Origin: Bigelowiella natans CCMP2755
Lineage: Eukaryota > Protista > Cercozoa
Length of the DNA: 64,000 bases
Reading direction: 5' to 3'
NCBI GenBank assembly: GCA_000320545.1
Contig: ADNK01001510.1
Location: 1 to 64,000, forward strand
A program made the position numbers and the translations under genes. Below, in pieces: positions 13,528 to 27,096 of this stretch. Below the pieces are notes generated by a model. The model was given only the letters and a program-made list of their open reading frames with translations, was not told the origin of the DNA and made no database searches. Each line of letters starts with the position of its first letter. Within the stretch, counting starts at the first letter, position 1.

Positions 13528-14099
13528 AATCAGGTATGTGTCGTCATAAAGTGGAAAGGATATCCAGCTGTACAAGGGACATTAATGTGCAGGAAAAAGT
13601 TTTGTTCATCTAGACCGTGCTCCTCCATTCCGGTGTTCGTTTATCGGTCCCTCCTACTTCCTACTCAAGGTAGTTCGTTGGGGTTGGGGGTGATGATGGT
13701 TGACCGTTAAGCCGAATACGAGTACTTAGTCGAATGGGTGTCGTTTTGACCGTGCGACATCAAAGTATTCGAACTTAATCTAGTAATTCAGAAATGTTTC
13801 CAGAAGATAGAATTGGTGCGGGAAGTAGCTTCGAATAGGAAATATAGAAGGGAAAACTTGGTAGCGACAAGCGCTAAATCAAGTCGTAGCATGCACTCCT
13901 TTTCTGTGAGCGATGAGGTGGAAATTGCCACGTTGAATCCATGCATCACCCATCTTGAATCTTGAGGGGCGCGGACATCTAGACATGGTGTGCTCCAGCG
14001 GATGTCAAACGAACCTCAATTATTGTGTGGCAAGCTGATAGCGGAGGGTGTAGATGAGTTAGTATACTCCAATCTAGCAATGCTCCTTTCAGATCCCAC

Positions 14100-14600
14100 C
14101 GACGCACGACACACGTCAATTGACGACACACGAGCACGTGTCATGCGTGCGTGCACATGCTATGTGCACAGACGATGCTGACTGTGAATGTTGCACATGA
14201 TTTGAGCGCTGTAGCCGCTGCTTTGCATGCAGCACAGCTACATTAGCTAGTTAGGATGATCATTGATCAAATTCAAATTGGTCACAACATCCGTCCATCC
14301 ATCTAGCCTAGCACAAGCTTGTGAACTTCGCAGCAGCAAGCACATCAGCAGCTGCGTTGGATGGAACGTAAGGTCTGCTGCCATTTCATCACACTTAAGA
14401 TACACATGTGCACATGCAAGTAGGCAATGCTACATGCTGCACAGCGTCCAGCCCACACTTCTGTCATCTAGTCATCTAGCTAATCTTAATTTTACATGTT
14501 CTGTTTCATTCACATAACTGGCTATGATGTGAGCTGCACTCCGCATTCATGTTTTATTCGCTGTCTATTGTTGTTCCATGCATTTTGATCTGTTTTACAT
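14100..14600. other. RY-alternating, palindrome-rich intergenic segment 2
   Basis: Hairpin GTGCACAT-gct-ATGTGCAC at 14151-14169; many CATG/CTAG/TGCA words; downstream of the 3' end of the - strand TPR-like gene. Confidence 0.6.
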
Positions 14601-14665
14601 TTAGGATTAAGGGATACTCTTATTAATCTAGCATATTTCCCGTAGACATGCACAGTGGCGGAATG

Positions 14666-14739
14666 ATTGTGTAACCCCAATCTGCTAAAATGAGGCCATC
14701 GTATTGTGTAACCCCGATCTGCTAAAATGAGGTCATCGT
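14666..14739. repeat. 37-bp direct tandem repeat (2 copies, 2 mismatches)
   Basis: ATTGTGTAACCCC[A/G]ATCTGCTAAAATGAGG[C/T]CATCGT starts at 14666 and at 14703. Confidence 0.95.
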
Positions 14740-15036
14740 ACAGTGAAGTACAGTTTGGTCTATTTCACACTTATGGCGTGCAATCTGGCTGGTTGCACTG
14801 AGAGATTACTGGGAATGCGTGCAAAATATCAGAGAAAGATGGGAGAGTCCCATTATAGAGCAAGGGGGATAAAAGTGTACGACCAATTACTGCACCAGCG
14901 ACCAATGCGGCAGGAAGTGCAGCCAATATACGTCGGCCTCTTTCGAAATCCCGTCCCTTTATTAAATAGCACGTATCAAAGGTTTTTTTTTAAACTAGAT
15001 CTCATAATAACCACCGCCACCATCATCAAATGTACA

Positions 15037-16041
15037 CTATTCGTGCAATTGCGTGGGTTCGACGCATGTGAGATGTACCTTGGCAATAGCGATGAGTTGA
15101 CGCTTCATGCTTTTACTGAGCCTAGGCACTCTGGTGCGCAGCGTCTCGCCTGGCGCCGAAACTACGGAAGAGTGCGGGGCAACGCTGTCCAGAATATCCT
15201 TCTTGACTAATTTCAGTACCCGATTGAGCTTCTTATTTCCACCAACTCCGGAGGTTTTCTTGCGATTTGCTTGGCGCATTGCATCTTTGAGTTGGGTCAG
15301 GGCTGTACTTGTGTAGGGATGTCGCTCGCCGAATACGGACATTGTGTCCATTAACCCGGCAAAGTAATTGCGCGCGCTAATATCGATATCTCCCTTACCC
15401 TTGAGCGCGTGGGCGAGTAGCATGTGCGCGATTGCCTTTTCCTCGGTAGTTTCGCGGATCTCTTGCGACAAACGGTTTCTTCGCTCCTGTACCTTCAGAT
15501 CGTCTATCGTAGGAATACCCTTCATTCCTAAGTTTTCGCATCAGGAAGACCGACGATAATGTGGAGAGGAGAAGAAGGAGGAAGAGAAATAACGATATAT
15601 CATACTATCTCAAAGTGTTTTTGTTCGAAGATCAGGATTTTTTGTAATTAAGTAACCCGTCAGCTGACGTTGTTGTGCTATGTTAGAGACTGAGAGGGGG
15701 GAGAGAGAGAGAGAGAGGGAGAGAGAGAGAGAGAGATGTATTATGTATACCTAGCATCGATGCTCCGAGAGAGGCAATTACCATGAGCGGCGATTGCTCC
15801 TTACCACTACTATTACCGGTACTACTATCACTACTGCTCCGACTTATCGTTGTATTCAAGACTTCCATTTCCCTATTGAGGTCATTCTTCAGGACCTCGA
15901 GTATATCCACCGCTTTTCCTGCAGCAGCAGCAGCAGCAAGTCATTCATCGGGGGGAGGGGAAAGGAAGCATCCAATTTTAGGGAAGAGGATAGCAGAAAA
16001 GTTCGATGAAATACTTATAAAAAATTGTAATTATCGTACTA

Positions 16042-16126
<85 letters not shown>

Positions 16127-16638
16127 CACACAGAAACACTAAATGAGAAAGAGAGGGTTTCGGAGTCTAATACTATTGACGTTATTTAAGTGGTGGTGTC
16201 GCCCCCTCGCATATCTCCTCCTCCTCCTCCTACTACTACTTCTACTACTACTACTACTACCACTACTACCTGCACATACGATGGCCTCATCATCCATATC
16301 ATCAGCACGGTACAATTCTGCCATGTCCTCTAGCATGCGCGCCTCGCAAATTTGCACAGTTTGCTTCTTCACACGCCCAACCTGTTCATGCGATGTATTC
16401 ATTACCTCATAATCGTACTGTCATAAGATCATCTTATCTATTGCAATTATTAGGTATAATCATACCCTTTCGCCTTCCACGTCGTCCAGTGCAGCGTACT
16501 TTCCAATCCCTTCGATGTGCCATAGGCCCCTCTGCAGCACGTCACGGGCACGCTCACGAGGAAGGGGGGAGAGAGTCGAAATCGAGCCACAATCTAATGC
16601 AACATAGATTGCTATCAAGAAATATAAAATATATGTGA

Positions 16639-16679
<41 letters not shown>

Positions 16680-17591
16680 TAATGTACTACTGGCACAACA
16701 GGATCACCGCTATTGCCATCTCATCATTTATGTGGAAATCTGATCACCTTCTGTCCAGAGCTTCGCCTTTATTCCTACAGCTAGCATCAAATAGGGTAAC
16801 ATCAATGTATATACACCATATATGTGTATGTGGAGGGAGGAAACTACGAATATAGCCTTACTGCTACAATAAATTGTATATAAAATTAATTTCCTCCTAC
16901 AAACATCCAGTGTCTCCTATCCTTGTAATCAATGCCATGATCATAAAATATCTACCTTGACCGGCATGTGCCTTTGCCACCCAGCGCAAATATGATGTGA
17001 CTGTTCTCAGTAGTCTTTCCGCGTTCAGATAATCAGGTTGTCGTGGATTTAAAGCCGCCTCACTCTCCCTTCTTGAGTACGCCTCCAGTGCAAACAGCTG
17101 CCTCAGCAGCTGTGCATTTATTGCTGCTCGTAGACTTGCAGAGTCGGGACCTCCACCACCACAACCACCATCTTTATTGTCGTTTGTTGCAGTAGTAGTA
17201 GTAGTAGTAGCTTCTTGGAAGATGTCTTTCTCGACCTCTGCCTCTTCGTCAACAATCTTACGACACCAATCGAGTTGTCGCTGCTGCGCGGGGGGGAGTC
17301 TATCGATGGACGACGACGACGAAGATGATGGCGATGATTCTAATGAAAGCAAAGACGATGGAGGAGAAAAGGCGGAAGATTCATATGCTACTCTCCTTTT
17401 GTTGCTGCTGGTACTGCTAGAGGGAATCAACCCGCTTTCGTGAGCATACCTGGGGGAGGGAGGGAGGGAGGGAGGGAGTAGTGCAAATGATCATACATCA
17501 TCGAACAGCTGATTGTGATTATATGTATAATAATATGCTCTTTGCTACTGCTGACTGACTGTTGGGACGATTGATGCTAGTGCTGGTTTTA

Positions 17592-17625
<34 letters not shown>

Positions 17626-17847
17626 CGATGCTTGATAACCATGGAGGCTGTCATGGTTTTCGATCATACAACTTCAAAATGTGGGAAACAAAATGCCACG
17701 CGATGTCTAAAGCAAGTCTTCTATAAACAGGGCAGAACACAGACGCAACGTGCTTATGATTGGCTTTCAAGATTGAACGACGATATCATCCTATGCATTT
17801 GACCAAATATTGCAGCAAGCAAGCACACGTATACTAGTAATAGTAGC

Positions 17848-17881
<34 letters not shown>

Positions 17882-18594
17882 ATAATGTTATGATATTACG
17901 GAAGCCATTCTGGGATAATTGGCGGCACGTTGGCTGCAATCTTCATCGATCCTCCTCCCGTTGAGGATGATGAGCTTCCTTCCATCATCACCGCATCAGA
18001 CCCTCCTCTCTTCCCCACCCACCTCAAACTCCGTATCTTATAGTGAAATGCATGGCACAATCGCTTCAGCTGCATCCATGCTTTTCCATCCCGCTCCGCT
18101 ATTTTAGCCCTTGCTAAGGAGAGTTCGGACAAAATTCCATACGATTCGGAAGCCAGGGGATCACTGGGCCCTGCAACTTTGTCGCGAATGTCGGCGCATT
18201 TGCGGTAGCACCACGACGCCTGTCAAAGAAACAGTAGCATTCAAAAATTGCGTTCCACTTCACCGGACTGTGATGATAACCACCATCACTGGCGTAATGC
18301 TATCATCATTATCATCATCATCAGTATTATAAACACATTACAACTGCCTTGCTGAAGTGGCTTGCTAGATTGCACAGTGGTTAAATGGAAATAAAAACTA
18401 GAGGCTACTGACCCTTCCTGCGTTGGATTGGTTGCGCCACAAGGCTCCCAAGATTGCATACGATTGCGATGTCTCTCTACTTTCCGGAGCGACTTGTCGC
18501 CGAATTGCAAGGCACTTCTCGGCTATCTTTATAGCCTGGGGGATCTCTCCCACAATTGCCATTACCTATCGATAACGACAGCAAGAGACAGACA

Positions 18595-18633
<39 letters not shown>

Positions 18634-19311
18634 CAGGCGATAATTTCTCAGCATGTTGATATGGACTACCAATAACCAACAACACAGTTGTTCATCACCC
18701 ATGTAAAAATTAGTTTTACTTGAGAAATCGACTCCAGTACTGGTGCGAGACACGGATGCATGCCCCCAAAAGTTGCATTTCTAATGATGATGAAAATTAT
18801 GAATAATAATGATGATAATGACGATCTTAGACACAAAACCAAATATAGTGATTGATGACCGTATCTCAAAACTAATGTCCATAAATCGTAAGGCCGGCAT
18901 CCAGCGTTGGCATTCCACAAATCGCTTTGCAATGATAGTCGCCATTTCGTCAACACAGGGGTGCAGCTTTGTTCCGTGCATACGCGTTACATATTCTAAG
19001 CAGTGCCGTGCAGCCTTCTCGGCTTCCCATGGATCGCTGTGTATCAGTTTCACCTGATTTACAGGGTGGTGGTGGATAAGTGCAAAATCTTTAGAATGAT
19101 GCCACCCGATATGAGATAGCATCGCAACACATGACGCAAGGTAGGTAGGTAGGTGGTAACATCGGATGCAAATAAGTAGATGATAAACAATGTAATAACT
19201 GCAAATAGCCTCTGGAAGAGATCAGCAATCCTCGGATGAGTTCCATTTCCGCGACTCGCCTTTAAAGAAATGCAGTCGTGAAGAAGAGTATATAAATTGA
19301 AAAAAGACTTC

Positions 19312-19353
<42 letters not shown>

Positions 19354-19774
19354 CAAGCGAATCCTGTAGGAGCCTAACTTTGGCTACAACTGCCGATGTT
19401 TGCTGAATAGCCTCCGCCAGAAGCCGTGTCTCCTCCTCATGATTTCCATTCTTGCAGTTTCTATTTGCTTGGGAGATGTAGTCGGTGGCCATTGATTCAA
19501 CCTGCTCAGAGGCTACCTTCCCCATTCCGAATTGAGTAGAGGATGATGGGCTTAAAAACGAAGGAGGCCTTGGATTCATTAGCCAGTTAGAGAGGCGAGA
19601 GACCCACGAAGGATCACCCTCTGAGTTTCCACCATTACTGCTCCTTAGGATCCGTATGCCTCCTCTTCTACTTGGCTCGGGGTTAAGACCCAGACTCACG
19701 ATGCACAATGAGGCACAAAGGGTTGTTAGAACCGCGGCTGCCCGAATACGGAGGCGGTGGCGGTTTCGTCGCAT
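15037..19774 (-). CDS. Multi-exon TPR-like helical-repeat protein with an N-terminal signal peptide/anchor
   Basis: N-terminus MRRNRHRLRIRAAAVLTTLCASLCIVSLG. Kinesin-light-chain/CLU-like repeat motifs HCLEYVTRMHGTKLHPCV, LEDMAELYRADDMDDEAI and MSVFGERHPYTSTALTQL lie in collinear - strand exons. Could be more than one gene. Confidence 0.55.
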
Positions 19775-20156
19775 TGCTTCCCTTTTAAAATAGCAGTGTG
19801 TGCATCACAAAGTCATCTAGCACAACAACGAGGCGGGTTCTGATAAGAAGAAAATGGCCGAGCCGGTAACAACTACCAAACGAATGACCAACATACCAGT
19901 ACGGGAGGGGGTTGAGCGGTTTCTACCGAGCGACATGACTACAGGCAAGTCGCAGTGCCAAATCGCACCCCATTCCATCGGTTGATGCATTTTAGGCAAA
20001 GATTCGAGGATATTTACCGGAGCGAGGAGATCGATTATCGGCACACATACACCAACTACGATGGGGGTGGTACTACTAGAAGAAGAAGGAGAATATGGCC
20101 CCATTGCGCCTTGCGGCGGCGTTCAGCGACGGACGGCATCGAGATTGAAACCTAGA

Positions 20157-20834
20157 ATGAGATCGAGGAGGGCGATGGCAAGGCAGAGGCTATCCGTCTT
20201 TGCTGTTGCTGCTATGAGTGTAGTTGCAATTTGCGCAACGATTCGGTATGGATCTCACCACCTGTGCATGTTTCCTGGATTATTTGTTAAGAATAAAAGT
20301 AATTGTAAATACTATTTGTTTTCACTCGACGTACTGTGTAAAGAGCAAGTAGATTGTTGAATTGTCGTCGAAGAAAAGACTCTAATAGAAAAAGAACACA
20401 CAACACAATAGCGATCGATGATCGATCGAAAAAAATACGTTTTGAAGAATTCTAACAGTGTAAGTCACGCCCTGAATTACAGCATTTCAAACACACGCAC
20501 GTTATGGAAATCGAACCCAATGGCATACTTAATTAAAGGTGGTTCCCCACGAGCGATTTCGCTGGAAAGGAGGCGAAATTGGAGGGAATGGGATGGCTAC
20601 GGGACAAACTCTCTGAGAAGGGCATCGTTTTCAAGGCCAACCCTTCCGTGGCAGAACCCCCGCAAGTTACACTAATGGAACCAAAACGTCCCAATCCGGG
20701 GCTGCTTACATTAGGGTGGTGTTATAAATATAGCACTCATTAGTGAGCAAATTCGACATGTAGAATGCTGCACTTTTCGTCTTATATATTTATCATGCTC
20801 CTCTCTCTCTTTATCTCTCTCTCTCTCTCTCTCT

Positions 20835-20894
<60 letters not shown>

Positions 20895-22549
20895 ATAACC
20901 CTCCCTCCCTCCCTTCTTCCCATCCTATCCTTCCTCTCCTTACATAGTATCTCCCATTCCTTACATGAATTTTGATAATGAAAAACTTGGTCATCATCAG
21001 TCGCATCGGGGGGGCATCCATAGGAGCAGTATTTGCATATCGAATTTATCCCATGGCCGAGGTTCAATTGCAAAGACTTGCAAACGGAATCAAAGTAATC
21101 GTTGAAATTAAAAATGTTACGTATTACTTCGTTTTCTTCACCTCACTTTATTCCATAGACAGTGCTCAACGTTCATTCTCGTAGACCAATCAATAAGCTT
21201 CACCATCAGGGAAATCATGGAGGAGAGAAAGAAGGATTGGCCAACAACAGGAAAGATGACGGTCTTTATTCCGTTTGTAGTGATTCTAGCAAGCAGTCCC
21301 CAGTGCGCACACCAGATGTTGCTAGAGCAGAAGGGAGGGGAGGAGGAGGAGAAGGAGAGGAGAAGAACACCAAAGAGGAAGAAAAGGTTGAAGCTGTTCC
21401 TGACCCAGATTTTGACGATCTCATGGTTTGTGCTTGCACCTTGTAGATGTTAGGACAACTAGTAGTAGTAACAGTAACAGTAGTAACAGTAGTAGTGGTA
21501 GTGTCAAACGCAACACTACTCGTAATTATCATCGTCAAGATTTCCCCATCATCTATATACATACTTTCTCTCTTCTTCTTCCTTTCCTTCTTTTTTTTCC
21601 GTACTCAATCTCGAGGGATAGTGAGAAAGACGATTACCCTTCCCTCTCTTCACATCAATGATTTATTACAGGATAAACCAGATGGAGCTGGGGCGGAAGA
21701 TAATGAGGATGGTGGCGATTTGGACGGCGCTGCAGCTGTCAAGGGTAGGGAGAACAGCAGAGAAAAAACACCAAAATAATACGGGGATAATGTAAGGATT
21801 GCTTGCTTAAAAGCGTTATTCTGCTGCCACACTTGCAAATGTCTCGTTAACGTTCGTTTGAATTTTCGTTCTGTTTCCGACGCAATGTGTCCTTTCTTTC
21901 CTATCTCACGGCATGCCTCAAAACCTGTCTTGCAATTCAGACAAAAACGAGTACATTGACGTCATAAAGAAAAGTGGAAGGTATTTCTCACTGCACTGGA
22001 TTGACTCCGATAATTTCCATAAGATAAATCATTGGCACTGACCTTCGTTTTCACATGGATTAATATCTCACAGTGACATGCTGAAGGCCTTACCTCCTCA
22101 ATACATTGATAAAAGATGGAGCATGAAGGATTTTAGATTGGTATCCACATTTTGTGAGATATATTAGCATAACTCTACACAGTACTGATCTAATCCTTTG
22201 AAAATAGAAGTTGTGTCTTTTTCCCTGAATGATGCCGGTTGGCCATATTTTTCTGACGAAATAATGGTGATGAACCGATGGCGGCGATGACAAGACGCAA
22301 ATAGGATGATTTATTGTATCTATATGATGTTTTAGCGTTTCTTCTCTGCAACCGGCCTCAAGATCAGCGCATCTGTCATGGAAGATATTTTTGGGTAAGA
22401 AACTAACGATATACCAATCTCAATGTGCCAACACTAAAATAAAGTCCATTTTCTAAATGCAAAACCTCAGGGCGTGCAAAGATGAGCAATCCGATGGGAA
22501 AATCAGTACAGAGGTACTTCGAGATCTAATAATGAAGCACACAAGCTAA
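20157..22549 (+). CDS. Hypothetical multi-exon protein: signal peptide, one hydrophobic segment, acidic region, possible EF-hand-like C-terminus
   Basis: MRSRRAMARQRLSVFAVAAMSVVAICATIR; spliced exons WFPTSDFAGKE...LLTLG|RIGGASIGAVFAYRIY; last exons MEDIFG|ACKDEQSDGKISTEVLRDLIMKHTS*. Exon linkage at 21750-22330 is unresolved. Confidence 0.45.
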
Positions 22550-22589
22550 AGGAGTGTAGACTGGATATACCGTTCAATTGTCAATTTTA

Positions 22590-23070
22590 TCCATGGCATG
22601 TTTGCTTGCGCAGTGTGATATTGCATATGCGATCGCTTGCCACATGCATACACATGTATCTCACATGGATCGTCTTCTATATTGCTAGATTGTAGCTCTT
22701 ATACCATCAACAACACGCTTTGGTTCAGACCATATCACAAGTAAAGTAGACTACTTGACATGATGTGACGCCTGCTTGACATGATGATCTAGCTCAAATT
22801 CAGCACAGCTATGCATGTGAATAAGTGGATCATGGACAAGGCGCAGCACTGCATGTGCATCATGTGCAATATGCAATAAGTCAGATGTTGCCAAAGCATA
22901 TGTTCCATCAACTCTTTCACAACTTATACCGCTCGCAACTTCTAATTGCATGCAGAAAACCGCATCACAAGCTAACTAGGTCGAATGAAAAGACACTTGG
23001 GCTCGCAAAACTGACTTTGCGTCTGTGATCACACGGAGAGCATCAATTACATGATTGACTGTGCACTCCC
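22590..23070. other. RY-alternating, palindrome-rich convergent intergenic segment 3
   Basis: GCATATGC, CACATGCATACACATG, GCATGTGCATCATGTGCA; lies between converging stops at 22549 (+) and 23077 (-). Confidence 0.6.
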
Positions 23071-23076
23071 TATTGT

Positions 23077-24577
23077 CTAAAATTTAACAACTTCGTTTGA
23101 GTATCCAAGCTTCGCAAGGATACCCGTCACTTCCGACTCTCCTCTCGGACCACAGAGCGACTCGTACATTGGTGGGGGACCGCAAACAAAAACCTTTAAA
23201 TAGTAACGTTTACTTACCAATAATCCACAGGTGGAACGACAGTGAAAGAGGACGTGATAGACGCCAATTTGCGCATGCTTTTGTCTTGAGATTATAGTAG
23301 TGCTACACATACCAGCTGACTGTCTGAAGGCGGAGGACAGAATTTCTTTATTTTCTCGCCATCGATAAACCCTGTCTCGCCATCCCAGCTAGATTCGGAA
23401 AGAATGTTGACAATCCTGTATTACATTACGTAAATTGTGGTGCTGCTGAGCATATATAGCGTGATGAATCTGCTTTATCTAAAAAGAGATAGTACATACT
23501 CCAATCGGCCCAAGTTGGTGGCTTGTATCTCCTCAAGTTCTTCCTGTAGCAAGATGTCCTTCTCAGTCTTGTTGCCGTACAATAGAGTTACCTTCAGGTC
23601 GTCATCAAAACCGTCATCCCTAAAAATGCTCTGCAATGCCTGGAACATTGGGGTGATACCGGAGCCCCCAGCCAACATCACAATGGACTTTTTACCAAAA
23701 GGGTACTGCTCCTAAGAATGAATGTTGTTCATCAAATCAGAGGATGATTTGGAGGAGTACATTGGAGACAAGAGAGACTTTCAAGAAAGACAATACCTTT
23801 ACATTGAACGGGATGTGCTTAAACTCAACCTCATCTCCTGACTTTAGATCTCCAAGGAACTTACTCGCGGTCCCTTTTTCGTATACCTACGAAGTAGGCT
23901 CCTATTCAATCTTGCCTTGAAACATCGAAATTATCACTTGCTTACTTTTACGAGAAGATCAAAAGATCCTTTCCGAAGGTCGTCAGAGACTTTCAAAATG
24001 ACAATTAGATTGTCGGATGTTAGCGCTAATAACGTTGCCACAAATGCGAGCTGAGTCACCTGGTGTGTACGGCCTCACAACATCGTCACCGTTTTCGCCC
24101 TTTCCAGGAGCCTGTGGAATTAGGATAATCTCATTTTCAACGAGGCAACACAGATTCTGTATAACGTGAAGCAAATACATAGTTAGACAAATAGATTACA
24201 ACCACCATACTCAAGAAGAAGACCTTGAGCAATAAACAGGCACACACAGGTAGTTGCAGCGATTCTTCAGAACTCGGAAGAGCGAATTCCAGCAATTTCG
24301 AATCGTGGTTAACCTGCAAAAAATGTTAAAGCGTTTCATCTAAGCAACCTCTAGATTTTTGACGCGTACCTGCTTGGTCTCACGGAGCGCAAGTTTCGTC
24401 CATTCCTCCGTAAGAAAGCACGGCGGTTTGGCCTGATCAAAACGAGGCGATAGCGCTCAAGATTCGACAAATGTGCACATGTTGGATTCGCATAGCGGTA
24501 CTCACCGGCATCGTTGCCAGAGTCCGAGAGGGGGTTCCCCTCCTTCGTCTTCTCAGAAAGGTACGAGCGAGTCTCAT
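23077..24577 (-). CDS. NADH-cytochrome b5 reductase (MCR1/CYB5R-like) with an Arg-rich, probably mitochondrial presequence
   Basis: Motifs VNHDSKLLEFALP, VVRPYTP (FAD-binding RxYT), FDLLVK-VYEKG, MLAGGSGITPMFQ, LLYGNKTEKDILL, VFVCGPPPM and LGY..VVKF*. N-terminus MRLARTFLRRRRRG. Short introns. Confidence 0.93.
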
Positions 24578-24887
24578 GCAGCAGGGAACGACAGGTGTCG
24601 ATGCGAGTTCCAGTTTGCTTTGCTTACTACTGGCAAATCGGGAGATAATTAGTAAAATAAGGGAGCGAATTTTCCATGTCGCAGCACAAATACGCATGTG
24701 TTTTTTAGGAAATTTATTTTGTACTAAACATACCCGATGATGATGCATAATAAATGCATGATCATGATCATTCATGACCTCCACCTCTTCTACATGTTAG
24801 CTCACACTTCCTTCCGAGTGATGACACTATGATCGCACAGCACTAGCATTGCTCCTAGCACTTCACGCTGCGGTCTTCCTCCTGATC

Positions 24888-26494
24888 ATGCGGAAAACAG
24901 GAGGTGTCGTTGAGAATCTCGCCCATGGTCATCAAAGCGACAAGCCTAATCAGCACTTCAAGCATGCTGAAAATGACATGAAGAAAGAGGGGGAGTATGG
25001 GGGGAAGGATCGGTCTTCATCTTTGCAAGCGTCAAACGCAAAAGGTGGTATCATTCAAGCACTATCAGCCAGCAAAATGCAACTGCACAAATAACCTCCC
25101 TTGGTCCCTCTATAACGCTGATTTACTTAGATCGTTGCTTAGATCGTTCTTCGGACAAACCGCTGTTCCGGTTTGGCGTGATTGCAGACGTGCAGTATGC
25201 TGACATTAAGAACGCCTCAAATTTCGACCACACAGAGTATCGTTTCTACCGAGGTGCGTTGTCCAACTTGAAGAAGGCCATAGGTACTCTGCAGAGATTA
25301 AGACTTCGATTCTCTGATGCTCGAATAAAATCATCCCATAAGACTTCTCCATTCTCAAACATCCTCTGACACAGATTACTGGAACGAACACGAGCCAGAG
25401 ATATTGTTCATAGCACAAATGGGGGACCTCATCGACGGACAGAACTCAGGGAAATATGGGGAAGGATTGAAAATGAAGGAGGTATTCCATTTCAATCTCA
25501 GTCACGACAGTCATGGTGTCAGCAGTTTTTTTTCTAAAGCCTCATACCGATGAGGCCATAGGGAAAGTTCTTGCCGAATTCGAGCGGAGTAAATGCTTTA
25601 GCGTACACCACACTGTCGGCAATCATGTAAGAAACCGATCATGGATTAAATAATCGTTACAACACAAGCCAATGATGCGGTTTCCTAGGAACTGATGAAC
25701 TTCGATCGTGGCACTTTGCTCAAGTTGCTATTTAGCCACCGAAAGGATGTGGGCCTCGATAAGCTCTACTACAGTTTCAGGCCGATCAAATCATGGCGAT
25801 TCGTTCTCATCGACAGCTTCGAGCTCTCTGTGGAAAGACATGACAAGGATAGCGCAGCGTACCATGAGGCAAAACGCCTCATTGATAACAACAACCCGAA
25901 CATAGCTCGCGGCCGAAACTGGTTCAAAGACATTTCGAAAGATCGACAACGGTACGTAAAGAGCTGTGTCTAAGCCGGCAACATCAATAGTAGAGTGGAG
26001 GGAGTCTAGGTGACGGCTGCTGCTATCACCATTGTTAGGTTTGTCCCGTATAACGGGGGGCTAGGAAAGGAACAGATTAAGTGGCTCAACAATGAGTTGA
26101 AAGAGGCCACTATAGAGGGCGAAAGGGTTGTGATCTTATCTCATCAACCACTGACCCCTGAGGCTGCCAGCTGCCAGACAGTTCTGTGGAATTATCCAGA
26201 GGTATGACTGGTGTAATCTCGAAAACTTCAAATTTAAATATTGTTGTGTTGCATTTGTAGGTGTTGTCCTTGATTGAGAAATTTGAGTGCGTCTGTATGG
26301 TCATCGCCGGGCATTATCATAATGGAGGGTATGTGAAGGACAAAAATGGGTGCCATCACGTTACAGTGAAAGCTTGTCTGACGTGCGAAGAAGGTGCATA
26401 TGGCACTCTAGACGTTTATGATGATCGCATAGTCCTGCGTGGACGTGGAGCAATCCCCAAAGAGGAAGTTTACCATCTCCGTGTTGTGATCTAG
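24888..26494 (+). CDS. ADPRM: Manganese-dependent ADP-ribose/CDP-alcohol diphosphatase (metallophosphoesterase)
   Basis: LFRFGVIADVQYAD, RFYRGAL, QMGDLIDG, GNH|ELMNF, YNGGLGKEQIKWL, LSHQP, LWNYPEV, AGHYHNGGY and HHVT motifs in order. Start codon approximate. Confidence 0.92.
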
Positions 26495-26529
26495 AGAAGG
26501 AGAGAAATAAATTAGATGGTAGTTCCGGA

Positions 26530-27050
26530 AATCAGCACATGCTAGTATACTAGACATATAAAGTCGAACACATCATGGCCTGTTGCATCACCGTAGTATA
26601 TCAACGATCTCCATCTATCACACATACCAACGATGTCTAGATGTATGTGCTACTACTAGATTGCTAAATGCGTGTCTATTATGTCTAGGTGTGTGTGGTG
26701 TTGTGCCAAGATTAGTGTGTGGCGAGTGTTTCTAGTGTTTGCTGATGACTAGATTTATTGAGCATGAACCCGTGTGGATGAAGCAGTGAAGTTACTTCAC
26801 ACAGCAATAGCACGCATGTAGTCTGGTAGTGTCGTATGAGCTCTGCACGTATTACTGCATCACCGCGCTACCACTGCGTTCGAAGGGGTAAGGTGTGATA
26901 TCTGCTAGCGCCTATAGGATGCGCGGGCGCATACAGCTAGATAGGCTAGCAGACATATTAGAGGCGGGCATACACATTTACACACATGCCACCATTATTT
27001 AGCAGTTGCGATGAGCTTTTTTGTTGTTGCATATACATCACACGTTTTAC
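26530..27050. other. RY-alternating, palindrome-rich convergent intergenic segment 4
   Basis: 12-bp palindrome CTAGTATACTAG at 26542-26553; repeated CTAG/GCGC/CATG; between stops 26494 (+) and 27097 (-). Confidence 0.65.
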
Positions 27051-27096
27051 TATTCAGTTCATGAAACTATGATCTAGAAGGTGCAGAGATAACTTA

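Noticed and set aside
14666-14739. 37-bp direct repeat as a possible CRISPR repeat or LTR
   Set aside because: Only two adjacent copies, no spacer, eukaryotic context, and no cas or transposon ORF.
14743-15210. 155-aa + strand ORF
   Set aside because: Overlaps the last exon and 3' region of the - strand TPR-like gene; no recognisable motif.
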